A stretch of 42,092 nucleotides of DNA, taken from IMG/VR virus record IMGVR_UViG_3300020045_008038, positions 1-42,092 of that record. One strand, given 5' to 3'. Position 1 is the first letter of the stretch, and each line of letters opens with the position of its first letter. The notes below the pieces were generated by a model that searched no databases, had not been told where the DNA came from, and saw nothing but the letters and a program-made list of their open reading frames with translations. Of this stretch, positions 1 to 8,229 are shown in pieces. A program made the translations under genes and the position numbers. The stretch is from a virus (lineage: Duplodnaviria > Caudoviricetes).

Positions 1-121
1 AGATAGGGGTGGTAGATTTTTTGCAAGTATATTTCAAGAAGTATCTCGGGGATGTGGGAGTTGTCCCAATCTGAATAGTTTAGAACGCCTGTTTTATTCA
101 TGTTTGGCCGTTAACCATCCA
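1..121. repeat. Terminal direct repeat (assembly overlap), copy 1
   Basis: 1-121 is identical to 41972-42092 and includes the 5' end of the FkbM gene, so the contig is circular. Confidence 0.95.
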
Positions 122-152
122 CATCCTACTTCAAGAAAACTTGTTTGTCAAA

Positions 153-833
153 TTACAGTCCTGCGACTGGTGTTTTGAACTCGTTTTTCCACGTTGTTTT
201 ATACCATACATTGATCCATGTGGCGTTAGCCGCTGGGGTCGTGATGGTATTTGGTGCTTTGATAGCATGATTCACAATGTCTACAAATGCTCCGATGGTT
301 CCACCGTTGACTGCTTTCGCAACTCCGGTTGATCCGAAGGATATCATTTTAACATCGAGTGTTGATGCAATCTTTGCTGGAAGTCCAAAAAGTGCTGTCG
401 TTCCAGTAGATGCTGGGTAGACGGTAATCGTTGATGCACCCGCATCACCTGTACCGACTGTCCCAGTGCATGTACCAAGGAACGCAAATACTTTGGTTCC
501 GACTGCTGTACCGCCGTTTGCGGCTGTACCGATTGCAAAACTCTCGCTAACTGGTTCGCCAAATTGGTTCTTACCAGTGAGTGTGAACGTTCCACCTGCA
601 ACTGAACCTGATGCTGGAAGAATTTTCACTTCCACATTTCTCGGGTAGTCTGTATATACCTGATCAAACACAACAGTTTTTGTCTGTGCATTCGTTCCGG
701 TTACAGTTCCCCAAGAAAAGGTACCCATCATAGGTCCAATGATCTGATATAAACCATATCGATCAATATCGCCGGAGTAAACTTGCGCACCACCACCCTG
801 AAATTCTGGGAAATGTTCGCCTAATCCGCTCAT
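153..833 (-). CDS. Putative capsid decoration / minor head protein, Gly-Thr rich
   Basis: 226 aa, beta-strand-like composition, two genes downstream of the major capsid gene; about 12 GT dipeptides. Confidence 0.55.
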   Translation of the reverse strand: MSGLGEHFPEFQGGGAQVYSGDIDRYGLYQIIGPMMGTFSWGTVTGTNAQTKTVVFDQVYTDYPRNVEVKILPASGSVAGGTFTLTGKNQFGEPVSESFAIGTAANGGTAVGTKVFAFLGTCTGTVGTGDAGASTITVYPASTGTTALFGLPAKIASTLDVKMISFGSTGVAKAVNGGTIGAFVDIVNHAIKAPNTITTPAANATWINVWYKTTWKNEFKTPVAGL

Positions 834-1189
834 ATAATTATACCTTTCTCAAGCCTTCTGTTATGGCTCAATCTATTTGTTGTCTGTGCGATCCGTAGCT
901 TAGAAAGTAGGTTTTCGCCGACAATCGCTTTATACTGTGCTTCTCCTAAATAGTTCCGTATGTCCTTCGTCCCTTTGTTGAATCGATATCGTGCGTATGA
1001 TCCTACAATGTCAATTCGGTTCATTATTTCGCTTCCTTGAAACTGTAGTTCTTCGATCTTTCGTTTTTCCGCCTCACGAATCGTTTCATCAACAACGGCC
1101 TTATTACGCTCAGGACTGAAATCGGGGTCCGGGTTCTTGTTTATAAACCGGTAATCCATCGGATCTAGCCCTGAGCGTAAGTCAGCCAT
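830..1189 (-). CDS. Hypothetical protein (head module)
   Basis: 119 aa ORF tightly coupled to both neighbours. Confidence 0.6.
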   Translation of the reverse strand: MADLRSGLDPMDYRFINKNPDPDFSPERNKAVVDETIREAEKRKIEELQFQGSEIMNRIDIVGSYARYRFNKGTKDIRNYLGEAQYKAIVGENLLSKLRIAQTTNRLSHNRRLEKGIII

Positions 1190-1192
1190 AGG

Positions 1193-2452
1193 TTATTTCG
1201 TTCTCCGAAGCATGCGACCATTCGCTGCTGGGCAGCGGCATGCAAGGTTTGTGTACCATGAGAACACTTTCTGGAACGTTATATAGTCAGCACGTCGCAG
1301 AAGATTGTCTTCGACAAATCCCATGTCTGCAACCTGACAGACTGTCCAAGTATCAAGGTTCAAAAGGACTGCTTCACCATCCGGGCAATCAAAGTCAAGA
1401 TAGACTCCGACTTCACCCTGTCCTGCTTCATACGCAAGACCGGTCCACCCAGATACGAGTTCGGTTTTGTTCACCGTCCGGCGAAGGGCTGTCAAAAGTT
1501 CACCATATTTCGCATAGAGCGATTTATTCATGAACCATGCATAGCGATCACCTTCGTTGGCGTACTCGACTGCACTCATATATACGGTATCCATGTCGTT
1601 GATTGTCAACGCACCATTAGCGGCTGTACCCATGTACTGTGGCGCCCAGATATCGTTGCTGGTAGAGATACCGGCATATGTTGAAGATGTACCGACTGAA
1701 AGAGCTGCTCGGATACCCTGGATTTCAGAGGTTCCTGCGGCTGATTCGTCACCGTCAACCAAGTAGACTGCATCGTTTGCATTGATTGCTGGCGCACCCG
1801 TTACAACGAGTGTTCCTTGTGCAGTTCCACCTGTTACGGCAGTGATCGTACCAACGTCAGCGGCTGCGGTTCCAATACCTACGGCCTGACCAACTGTGAA
1901 ATATTTAGTTGGTTTAATATCGTAGTTGATCGGTCCAAACCATCCAGAGATGTCTCCACGAGTATCATCGACACTCGATGTTGGAGTCACGACGGAAAGT
2001 GTACCTGCGCCAACTGATCCGGCAAGTCCGAGAATACCAACTCCATCGGAGAAGTATTGTCGATTGATTGACTTTGCAAAGTCAGCTTTGATGGTCTTCA
2101 TTTGGAAGGTCATCGCACTCTCAACGGCACCCTTGTCATTGGCGGATGCTTTCGCAACCACGTCACCAATGTCAAACGTTGCGGTCATGAGTTTAGGAGC
2201 AACTGTACCCTGTGTGGTAGGAGCTGAACCTGTCCGAAGTTTCGCATTCTCAGACGCCAAGTTAACGACACCACCATGGCGATTCGTTCTTACTGCGAAG
2301 TAGAAAGCGTTATTGAAAAACTGAACATCATCGTTCTTTTTCAGAACTTGAAGCAGTTTTGTCTGTTTCGGGATGTTATCTTGAATATACGGTTGAATTA
2401 CCTGTTTCAAAGCTGCGTTGAAATCAGATAATGCAAATGCTGTAGTAGCCAT
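1193..2452 (-). CDS. Major capsid protein (HK97 fold predicted)
   Basis: 419 aa, follows scaffold-like gene; N-terminal FNAALKQV helix and C-terminal NLACRCPAANGRM typical of MCPs; central T/G-rich insertion. Confidence 0.85.
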   Translation of the reverse strand: MATTAFALSDFNAALKQVIQPYIQDNIPKQTKLLQVLKKNDDVQFFNNAFYFAVRTNRHGGVVNLASENAKLRTGSAPTTQGTVAPKLMTATFDIGDVVAKASANDKGAVESAMTFQMKTIKADFAKSINRQYFSDGVGILGLAGSVGAGTLSVVTPTSSVDDTRGDISGWFGPINYDIKPTKYFTVGQAVGIGTAAADVGTITAVTGGTAQGTLVVTGAPAINANDAVYLVDGDESAAGTSEIQGIRAALSVGTSSTYAGISTSNDIWAPQYMGTAANGALTINDMDTVYMSAVEYANEGDRYAWFMNKSLYAKYGELLTALRRTVNKTELVSGWTGLAYEAGQGEVGVYLDFDCPDGEAVLLNLDTWTVCQVADMGFVEDNLLRRADYITFQKVFSWYTNLACRCPAANGRMLRRTK

Positions 2453-2472
2453 ATGTTTATCCTTTCATGTTA

Positions 2473-3210
2473 TTACGATTTACCCCAAAGCGTTTCTGTA
2501 AGCAAACTTTTCACATTATCATCATTTACTTTCACCGCTTCTGGTTCTTTTTTGTTTCCAGATGGAGAGAGAGTTTTCAGACCCTTGTTTTTTGACGCTT
2601 GGATCTGTGACTCCTTCCACGGTGTCAGTTGTTCCTGGTGCATGTCTTCATACGCTGCTTTCAAATCTGAAAACCCATATGATTGTGCATAGGCCAAGAC
2701 TTGCTTTTTGTAGAACTTCGGGCGTCCATCTGAACCATCAATTTCTTTTTCAAGATTTGATGCTTCTTCTAGGACTCTATCGACTGCTTGTTTAGTCTGC
2801 TCTCGCTCTGTGAAATATTTATCAAGGTCATCTCGTGAAACGAATTTGTCCTTAATATCATCGTCGAGTACGAAACCCAACTCTTTTGCAGCCTCTCGGG
2901 CTTTCTGTCGATCCAGATTTGTATCTGTTCCGGCATTCTGCTTCGCCTGAAATTGAGCAATCTGCTGTCTTGCTTCATCCCGTTCTGCTTGCGTAGCTTT
3001 CAGTTCCTCTCGGGACTTCGTGTACGCTGGCATAAGGGAATCAACTGGAGTATTCCATTTTGTCTCAAGCTCTCTGGTCTTGCTTCCAAGACTGATAAGT
3101 TCCTGAGCATCTTCGGGGGAGTACTCTTGCCCGTTGATGATAACGTTTGAAGGTGCTAGTGTGCCATCTTCCATAGTAGTATTTTGTGGGTTCCTTTCTG
3201 GACCCTGCAT
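2473..3210 (-). CDS. Capsid scaffolding protein
   Basis: Charged, coiled-coil 245 aa protein directly upstream of the MCP. Confidence 0.7.
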   Translation of the reverse strand: MQGPERNPQNTTMEDGTLAPSNVIINGQEYSPEDAQELISLGSKTRELETKWNTPVDSLMPAYTKSREELKATQAERDEARQQIAQFQAKQNAGTDTNLDRQKAREAAKELGFVLDDDIKDKFVSRDDLDKYFTEREQTKQAVDRVLEEASNLEKEIDGSDGRPKFYKKQVLAYAQSYGFSDLKAAYEDMHQEQLTPWKESQIQASKNKGLKTLSPSGNKKEPEAVKVNDDNVKSLLTETLWGKS

Positions 3211-3341
3211 ATCCTATTTAGGGATTTGCCAACAAAAATGGCCCCCTCGTACTTTCGTACTCAGAAGCCTTCTAATTTACTTTGTCGACAGCCATTTTAG
3301 CTGTTACCCTAATTCTATTCCCTTTTTTCTCATTTTGTCAA
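3211..3341 (-). promoter_or_regulatory. Sigma70-type promoter plus structured leader for scaffold/capsid genes
   Basis: TTGACA (3341-3336), 18 bp, TAGAAT (3317-3312); leader has hairpin ACAGC/GCTGT, a second hairpin with loop ending AGAAG, and GTAC-GAAA-GTAC. Confidence 0.65.
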
Positions 3342-3344
3342 ATA

Positions 3345-5963
3345 TTACGCTGAACTTATGGATCGGGATCCCATTCGGACCTTTTCTACATGGATACCAA
3401 CCTGAGTAATAAATACTGAATCGGCATACTCTGTTCCTGTGGTAGCGGCTATTCTTTTTATTCTAGCTTTAATCTGCATTCCGAGATGGTATCCTGTTAA
3501 CGTTGCAGTTCCAACAGGTAATAAATAGTGATGAAGCGCTGCTGTTCCGTTCAAAATTGTCTGTTCTGCCGTAAATGGTCCTATTTCACTCCACACACCA
3601 CCAACATCTGAGATTGCCAAATAACAGGTAAACTTCGCATATTGGCTTGATCCGCTTGTTTGTGCTGTTTTTATAGCCATATGCACGTGTACTGATCCGT
3701 TTGTTCCTTCATTCCATCCATGAGATGGTTCATCGCATTGAAGATCAATATAGTCATCTACAGCAAAGCTGAATGCAGATGTATTTGTTGTAAGAGACTC
3801 CCATGAAGGGGCATTAGAAACGGCTACACGACCCGAAGATATCGGAAACTGTATGTCCTCCCATACGGGTTCATCCAAAACAATAGTCTTATCAGTTCCA
3901 CAGGAAATATGAAGATCCGATGCTGCAATTTCATTGGTTTTTATATATCCATTTGTTCCGTCATAGTATACGGACATGTCATCGCCTGCTCCGACTATTA
4001 GCTTCTTACTATCAGACTGTATCTTGAGATCACCAGTCATCGTGTCTCCAGTGACGTTGACATACCGAGCATCAAGCGTTGCAATCGTGTATATAGTTTT
4101 CCATGCTGCGTTTATATACCATTGAAGTGAACTATCCTCAGTGATAAGACGCACAGTTCCCTCTAGTGGTGTATCATTTGGCGTTTCTTCACCCACCCCA
4201 ACCATAGAAGGCTTACCTGCTAAAATAGGAACTTTTACTCCTTGGGATAATGGAGAGATAAAATCAACCACTTCGACAGAATTTTTATCAACAGTTCCCG
4301 GAATTGTTCCAAATGATGTCCCAGTTGAATAACTTGACCATGTTCCAAGATTGTCTTTGTATCTAACATGAAAATAGTATGTAGTTGATGAGCCTAGTTT
4401 TGTTTTACCCGATAACGCACCGGAGAAGGTTCCGTTGGTTGTATTTACGACAATTGAAGTCAAATTTGTATCATCATCACCAGAGTCCCATACAACGCTT
4501 GTAAATCCTGAATCGCTTGCTATTTGCCACTGAGATCCGCCATGTGTATCTCCTACATCTGGGTCACTAAAAGCTGATGCAGTTAATGTTGGATTTCGTG
4601 ATATACCTGTTGCCGAAGCTGCTGGCGTTGAATTTGTTGGTGTGTTTGGAGCAGCGTCACCAGAAGTAAACTCAATGCTTGTTCCTGTATCCGCATACTT
4701 GAACGTATGAACGGTATAGTCTCCGTCGGTTGTTTTTGTGCCTCCAGTAAGATCACCGAAGTCGGTTGTTTTATAACGAATAATTACAATTCCATCGCTA
4801 CCATCACCACCATTTGATCCTGTACCATGACCTCCGCCTCCACCTGATCCTGTATCTGCTACGGCGTTTCCTCCAACACCAGATACTCCTTCTCCTGTTC
4901 CACCTACACCACTGCCACCTGCTGCATCGGCCCCACCGGGTCCTGATGATCCACCACCACCACCTGCGTAGTATTGTGGAGAACCTGAGATATCAAATTG
5001 TAATCCACTCCCTCCAAGTCCACCGTTTACTGCTCCACCATTTCCTCCGACCGCATCAGCTCCTCCTCCGCCTCCAGCAGTATATGGAACACCGTTATAG
5101 GCAGTTCCTCCATTATTTCCTTGTCCTGTTGTTCCATTGCCTCCAGCACCATTATCCCATCCACCACCTCCGCCTGAACCCCCTGCTCTCCCAGGTTGTG
5201 ATTGATATTGTCCGCCACCTCCACCTCCCTCAGCGGTCAAACTATCAAATATAGAATCCCCACCATCAGTTCCATAGATACCTGATCCACCAGCACCTTT
5301 TGCTCCAACTGTGACGGTATAGCTTGCAAAATTCACACCATAACTTGAATAGTATCGAAGGCCACCTGCTCCTCCTCCGCCTCCAGCCCACGCACCGCCC
5401 GCACCACCACCAACAATAAGTAGTTCTATCTTTCCATCTGTAATACCCATTCCTGCATGTATTGCAGATGCAACCATCGAATACCCTGTGGAACTAAGAT
5501 GAGTACCGTCACCACTGTTAAAAAGTGAAATGAGATTTCCATCAGAGGCTTGATTGTTGACGGTTTTATAGGTGTCTATGAAGTAATCAACGTTGGTTGC
5601 TGTATTTTGAATCCACGCATTAACAGTCTTTACATCTGTTTCTGATCCGTTCCACGGCATGATTGCACACGCAACAACAATAATTCCAGCGGCATGTAGA
5701 TCGTCATATATATCTTGTAGGTTTGATTCTATCGTTGCAACACTGACGCTGGTGTAGATATCATTAACTCCACCCATGACGACACAGTGGGTAGCATCCC
5801 CTGGGGAAATAACGTCGGTATTTAACCGAGCAAGCATCTGGGTAGTAGTGTTAGAATCTACTCCTTTAGAAACGACAGTTGCGCCAGTAAGAGTAGCAAG
5901 AGCTGTCTCGTAAGTATTATTTGATAGACTATCGCCAAGACAGTAGATCTTCATATTGTCCAC
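3345..5963 (-). CDS. Multidomain virion protein: SGNH/GDSL esterase + glycine-rich domain + FN3-like + fibre-like C-terminus
   Basis: SGNH blocks CLGDS, KGVDSNTT, MGGVND, DGTH; long GGGGAGG tract; YYFHVRYKD FN3-like motif; start may be 5954. Confidence 0.75.
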   Translation of the reverse strand: MDNMKIYCLGDSLSNNTYETALATLTGATVVSKGVDSNTTTQMLARLNTDVISPGDATHCVVMGGVNDIYTSVSVATIESNLQDIYDDLHAAGIIVVACAIMPWNGSETDVKTVNAWIQNTATNVDYFIDTYKTVNNQASDGNLISLFNSGDGTHLSSTGYSMVASAIHAGMGITDGKIELLIVGGGAGGAWAGGGGGAGGLRYYSSYGVNFASYTVTVGAKGAGGSGIYGTDGGDSIFDSLTAEGGGGGGQYQSQPGRAGGSGGGGGWDNGAGGNGTTGQGNNGGTAYNGVPYTAGGGGGADAVGGNGGAVNGGLGGSGLQFDISGSPQYYAGGGGGSSGPGGADAAGGSGVGGTGEGVSGVGGNAVADTGSGGGGGHGTGSNGGDGSDGIVIIRYKTTDFGDLTGGTKTTDGDYTVHTFKYADTGTSIEFTSGDAAPNTPTNSTPAASATGISRNPTLTASAFSDPDVGDTHGGSQWQIASDSGFTSVVWDSGDDDTNLTSIVVNTTNGTFSGALSGKTKLGSSTTYYFHVRYKDNLGTWSSYSTGTSFGTIPGTVDKNSVEVVDFISPLSQGVKVPILAGKPSMVGVGEETPNDTPLEGTVRLITEDSSLQWYINAAWKTIYTIATLDARYVNVTGDTMTGDLKIQSDSKKLIVGAGDDMSVYYDGTNGYIKTNEIAASDLHISCGTDKTIVLDEPVWEDIQFPISSGRVAVSNAPSWESLTTNTSAFSFAVDDYIDLQCDEPSHGWNEGTNGSVHVHMAIKTAQTSGSSQYAKFTCYLAISDVGGVWSEIGPFTAEQTILNGTAALHHYLLPVGTATLTGYHLGMQIKARIKRIAATTGTEYADSVFITQVGIHVEKVRMGSRSISSA

Positions 5964-6160
5964 GCACTTTCAGGCAATGTCCCAGCTGCTACATTATCCG
6001 AACGTGTGTATGTTTTTGTATATACAGTAGTTCCGACAGTCATTTTAATATTTATACACTCCCCAGCAGCATTGCTCACGTATGAAAAAGAAGGATTAGT
6101 TTTAGATGGATCAATTGGTGTCGTCTCTTGAATTGATGTAGGATTTTGTACTCGGCTCAT
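5951..6160 (-). CDS. Small hypothetical virion protein
   Basis: 69 aa, overlapping stop/start coupling. Confidence 0.55.
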   Translation of the reverse strand: MSRVQNPTSIQETTPIDPSKTNPSFSYVSNAAGECINIKMTVGTTVYTKTYTRSDNVAAGTLPESAWTI

Positions 6161-6348
6161 ATTTCCTCCCCATCACAACAAAGTGTCATAGTCATCCCGA
6201 ACTTGTTTCGTACCTGTCCTATGACGTGATTTTTTAGTTTCTTATTGTAAAGTTTAGGATCAACCTGTTGATTACATGCTGGACAGAATTTAGTGATTAC
6301 GGGCTTTTCCTTATGAAATAACCCTTTTATGTATGTGAGTAGGTTCAT
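6157..6348 (-). CDS. Small Cys-containing hypothetical protein
   Basis: 63 aa, CPAC...CC, ATGA-coupled. Confidence 0.5.
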   Translation of the reverse strand: MNLLTYIKGLFHKEKPVITKFCPACNQQVDPKLYNKKLKNHVIGQVRNKFGMTMTLCCDGEEI

Positions 6349-6623
6349 GATATGTCCTCAAGAAACCGAATACTCGTAGTTCCTGTAGACGTAACGTAAA
6401 TAGCTGCACCGCTAGAATTGTCCATCGACATGTCACCATTTGGAAGCACTTTAAGTCCGTTCTGTTCTGTCACCCCTGTACCACCGATGTACAAGACTCC
6501 TGTGCCAAGGTTCTGAATCATGAGGTTTCGTCGTGACGAGTTATATTGACGCAAACATACAGTTCCGGTGATTGTACCGGCTCCATTCGTAAGATAGGAG
6601 ATGTATGGGTATACTTCTGACAT
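6345..6623 (-). CDS. Small beta-sandwich putative virion protein
   Basis: 92 aa, RRNLMIQNLGTGVLYIG motif, 5 GT dipeptides. Confidence 0.55.
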   Translation of the reverse strand: MSEVYPYISYLTNGAGTITGTVCLRQYNSSRRNLMIQNLGTGVLYIGGTGVTEQNGLKVLPNGDMSMDNSSGAAIYVTSTGTTSIRFLEDIS

Positions 6624-6624
6624 A

Positions 6625-7890
6625 TTATTTTATATTTTCATTTATCCATTTTTTGTATTCTTCAAATGAATCAAAAGTTCCTGATTTTAATACACTTCCA
6701 TCTTTTTTAGAAATATCTGCCACTATTGTTTTTCCTTTAGATATTTTTTCTAATTGTTTCATTTGTTGATCAGATGGATTGTGCAATATATCTATGTTTA
6801 TTTCTTTTGGCTGTACTGATATTCTTGTGGATTTTGTTTCATCCATAAATGATGACAGCGCTTCACTTCCACTAAATGACTTTTGATAATTTGGGTTATC
6901 AATCAATGCATCTGTTGCTATTTCTCTATGATCAACCGACCTAGATAAACCTTGTGATCCTTGTTTTATACCAGATGCATCTATCATTTTTCCATCGTTA
7001 GTTATAAAACCAGCAAGTTCTGGGTTATTAGTAATTCCATGTTTTTTTATTGCATCTTCTATAATCAAATCTGAGTTAGATAGAACTTTTTTATCTGGTA
7101 TTAAAGCTTTTGGTTTCATTCCTGCTTTCTTATACAAATCGGCGATTATTTCTTGCTCTGTAGAATTACTATTTATTTTTTCCATCCCACCTTTATCCAT
7201 TTTCACCGCATCATCAATTTCAGTGTTCAAATTTATTTTTTTAATCTCTAAAGGTTGTTGTCGTATTCTCGATAATACCTCATCAAATACATTTGCTAGT
7301 CCTGCTTTTGTCTTTGGCATTGGAAGATCATATTTCTCTGCTATTCTTAATCCTGCTAGTTCATCTCCACCAGATACTTTATTTATTCCTCGAGCATAAT
7401 CTATAAAGTCAGACATTGTTTTCTGATCGTCTGAATCTATTTCAGGTATATTTTGTGGTAAAATACCTTTTTTCCCTATAGTTTTAGGTCCAGATAAGCT
7501 TCCGATCATATTCAACTGATCCTGTTGTGCTAGAGCCTTACCAGTAGTTACATCCTCTGGTGTCAGTTCCTGTCCATGTTGAATCTTTTTGAAGTATCCC
7601 TGCTCTTGTGGTGAGTACTTACCACCGGTTATTGCGTCTATAGCTTTGTTTATCAAATCACCGGAATTTATATCAAGTCCCTCTGGTTTAATTGGATTAC
7701 CTACCCCCCACTTTATAAGTGGAACCTTAGATATTGCCGATTGCAATTGTGGATCAATATCAGTCATTAAAGCACGAGATGGAACAGGTAAGTTTCCTCT
7801 TACTGAATTTATCCCGGCACTACTAGCATTTTGTAATCCTTGCTGATATTTTCCCAGTGCCTCCATAGCTCGTGCCATGATGTCATTCAT
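6625..7890 (-). CDS. Hypothetical protein downstream of portal, possible internal/injected protein
   Basis: Probable start MNDIMARAM at 7890, overlapping the upstream stop; C-terminal AGFITNDGKMIDASG...DHREI segment. Confidence 0.6.
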   Translation of the reverse strand: MNDIMARAMEALGKYQQGLQNASSAGINSVRGNLPVPSRALMTDIDPQLQSAISKVPLIKWGVGNPIKPEGLDINSGDLINKAIDAITGGKYSPQEQGYFKKIQHGQELTPEDVTTGKALAQQDQLNMIGSLSGPKTIGKKGILPQNIPEIDSDDQKTMSDFIDYARGINKVSGGDELAGLRIAEKYDLPMPKTKAGLANVFDEVLSRIRQQPLEIKKINLNTEIDDAVKMDKGGMEKINSNSTEQEIIADLYKKAGMKPKALIPDKKVLSNSDLIIEDAIKKHGITNNPELAGFITNDGKMIDASGIKQGSQGLSRSVDHREIATDALIDNPNYQKSFSGSEALSSFMDETKSTRISVQPKEINIDILHNPSDQQMKQLEKISKGKTIVADISKKDGSVLKSGTFDSFEEYKKWINENIK

Positions 7891-8089
7891 CTTCCTTCTC
7901 CTTTTCAACGGCACCCTTAATCGCTTTCTTTTTATCAAATTTTGATTCCATTTCTTCCAGATGGGTGTAGTACTTCGGATCTTCTTTAAGATGAGCCATT
8001 GCAATCTTCTTTGCGATGGCAATATCACCCTTTGTAACGTCCGGGTGTTCCTCTGCTTCGTGTTCTATGCCTTCTTTTAGCTCGTCCAT
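7883..8089 (-). CDS. DUF5661-like protein
   Basis: GIEHEAEEH...AKKIAMAHLKEDPKYYTHL signature. Confidence 0.7.
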   Translation of the reverse strand: MDELKEGIEHEAEEHPDVTKGDIAIAKKIAMAHLKEDPKYYTHLEEMESKFDKKKAIKGAVEKEKEDE

Positions 8090-8090
8090 A

Positions 8091-8228
8091 TTACTTGGCC
8101 TTCGCCATTGCTTTCTTCAAAAGCTCTTTGCGCTCGGCTACTGAGTATTTTGAGAGAACGCTGGAATGCTCTTTCTTTTCGACTTCTTTTGATTCTGTTG
8201 CTTCATGTTTTTCGTCTTCGTAAACCAT
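8091..8228 (-). CDS. Small charged hypothetical protein (45 aa, not in ORF track)
   Basis: MVYEDEKHEATESK...KAMAKAK fills the gap between portal stop and the next start. Confidence 0.6.
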   Translation of the reverse strand: MVYEDEKHEATESKEVEKKEHSSVLSKYSVAERKELLKKAMAKAK

Positions 8229-8229
8229 A

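Noticed and set aside
1-121. 121-bp terminal repeat as a biological DTR
   Set aside because: It overlaps a gene start and its length fits an assembler k-mer overlap; it shows circularity only
4760-5420. Gly-rich tract as collagen or a DNA repeat
   Set aside because: No Gly-X-Y periodicity or DNA-level tandem unit; ordinary phage glycine-rich domain
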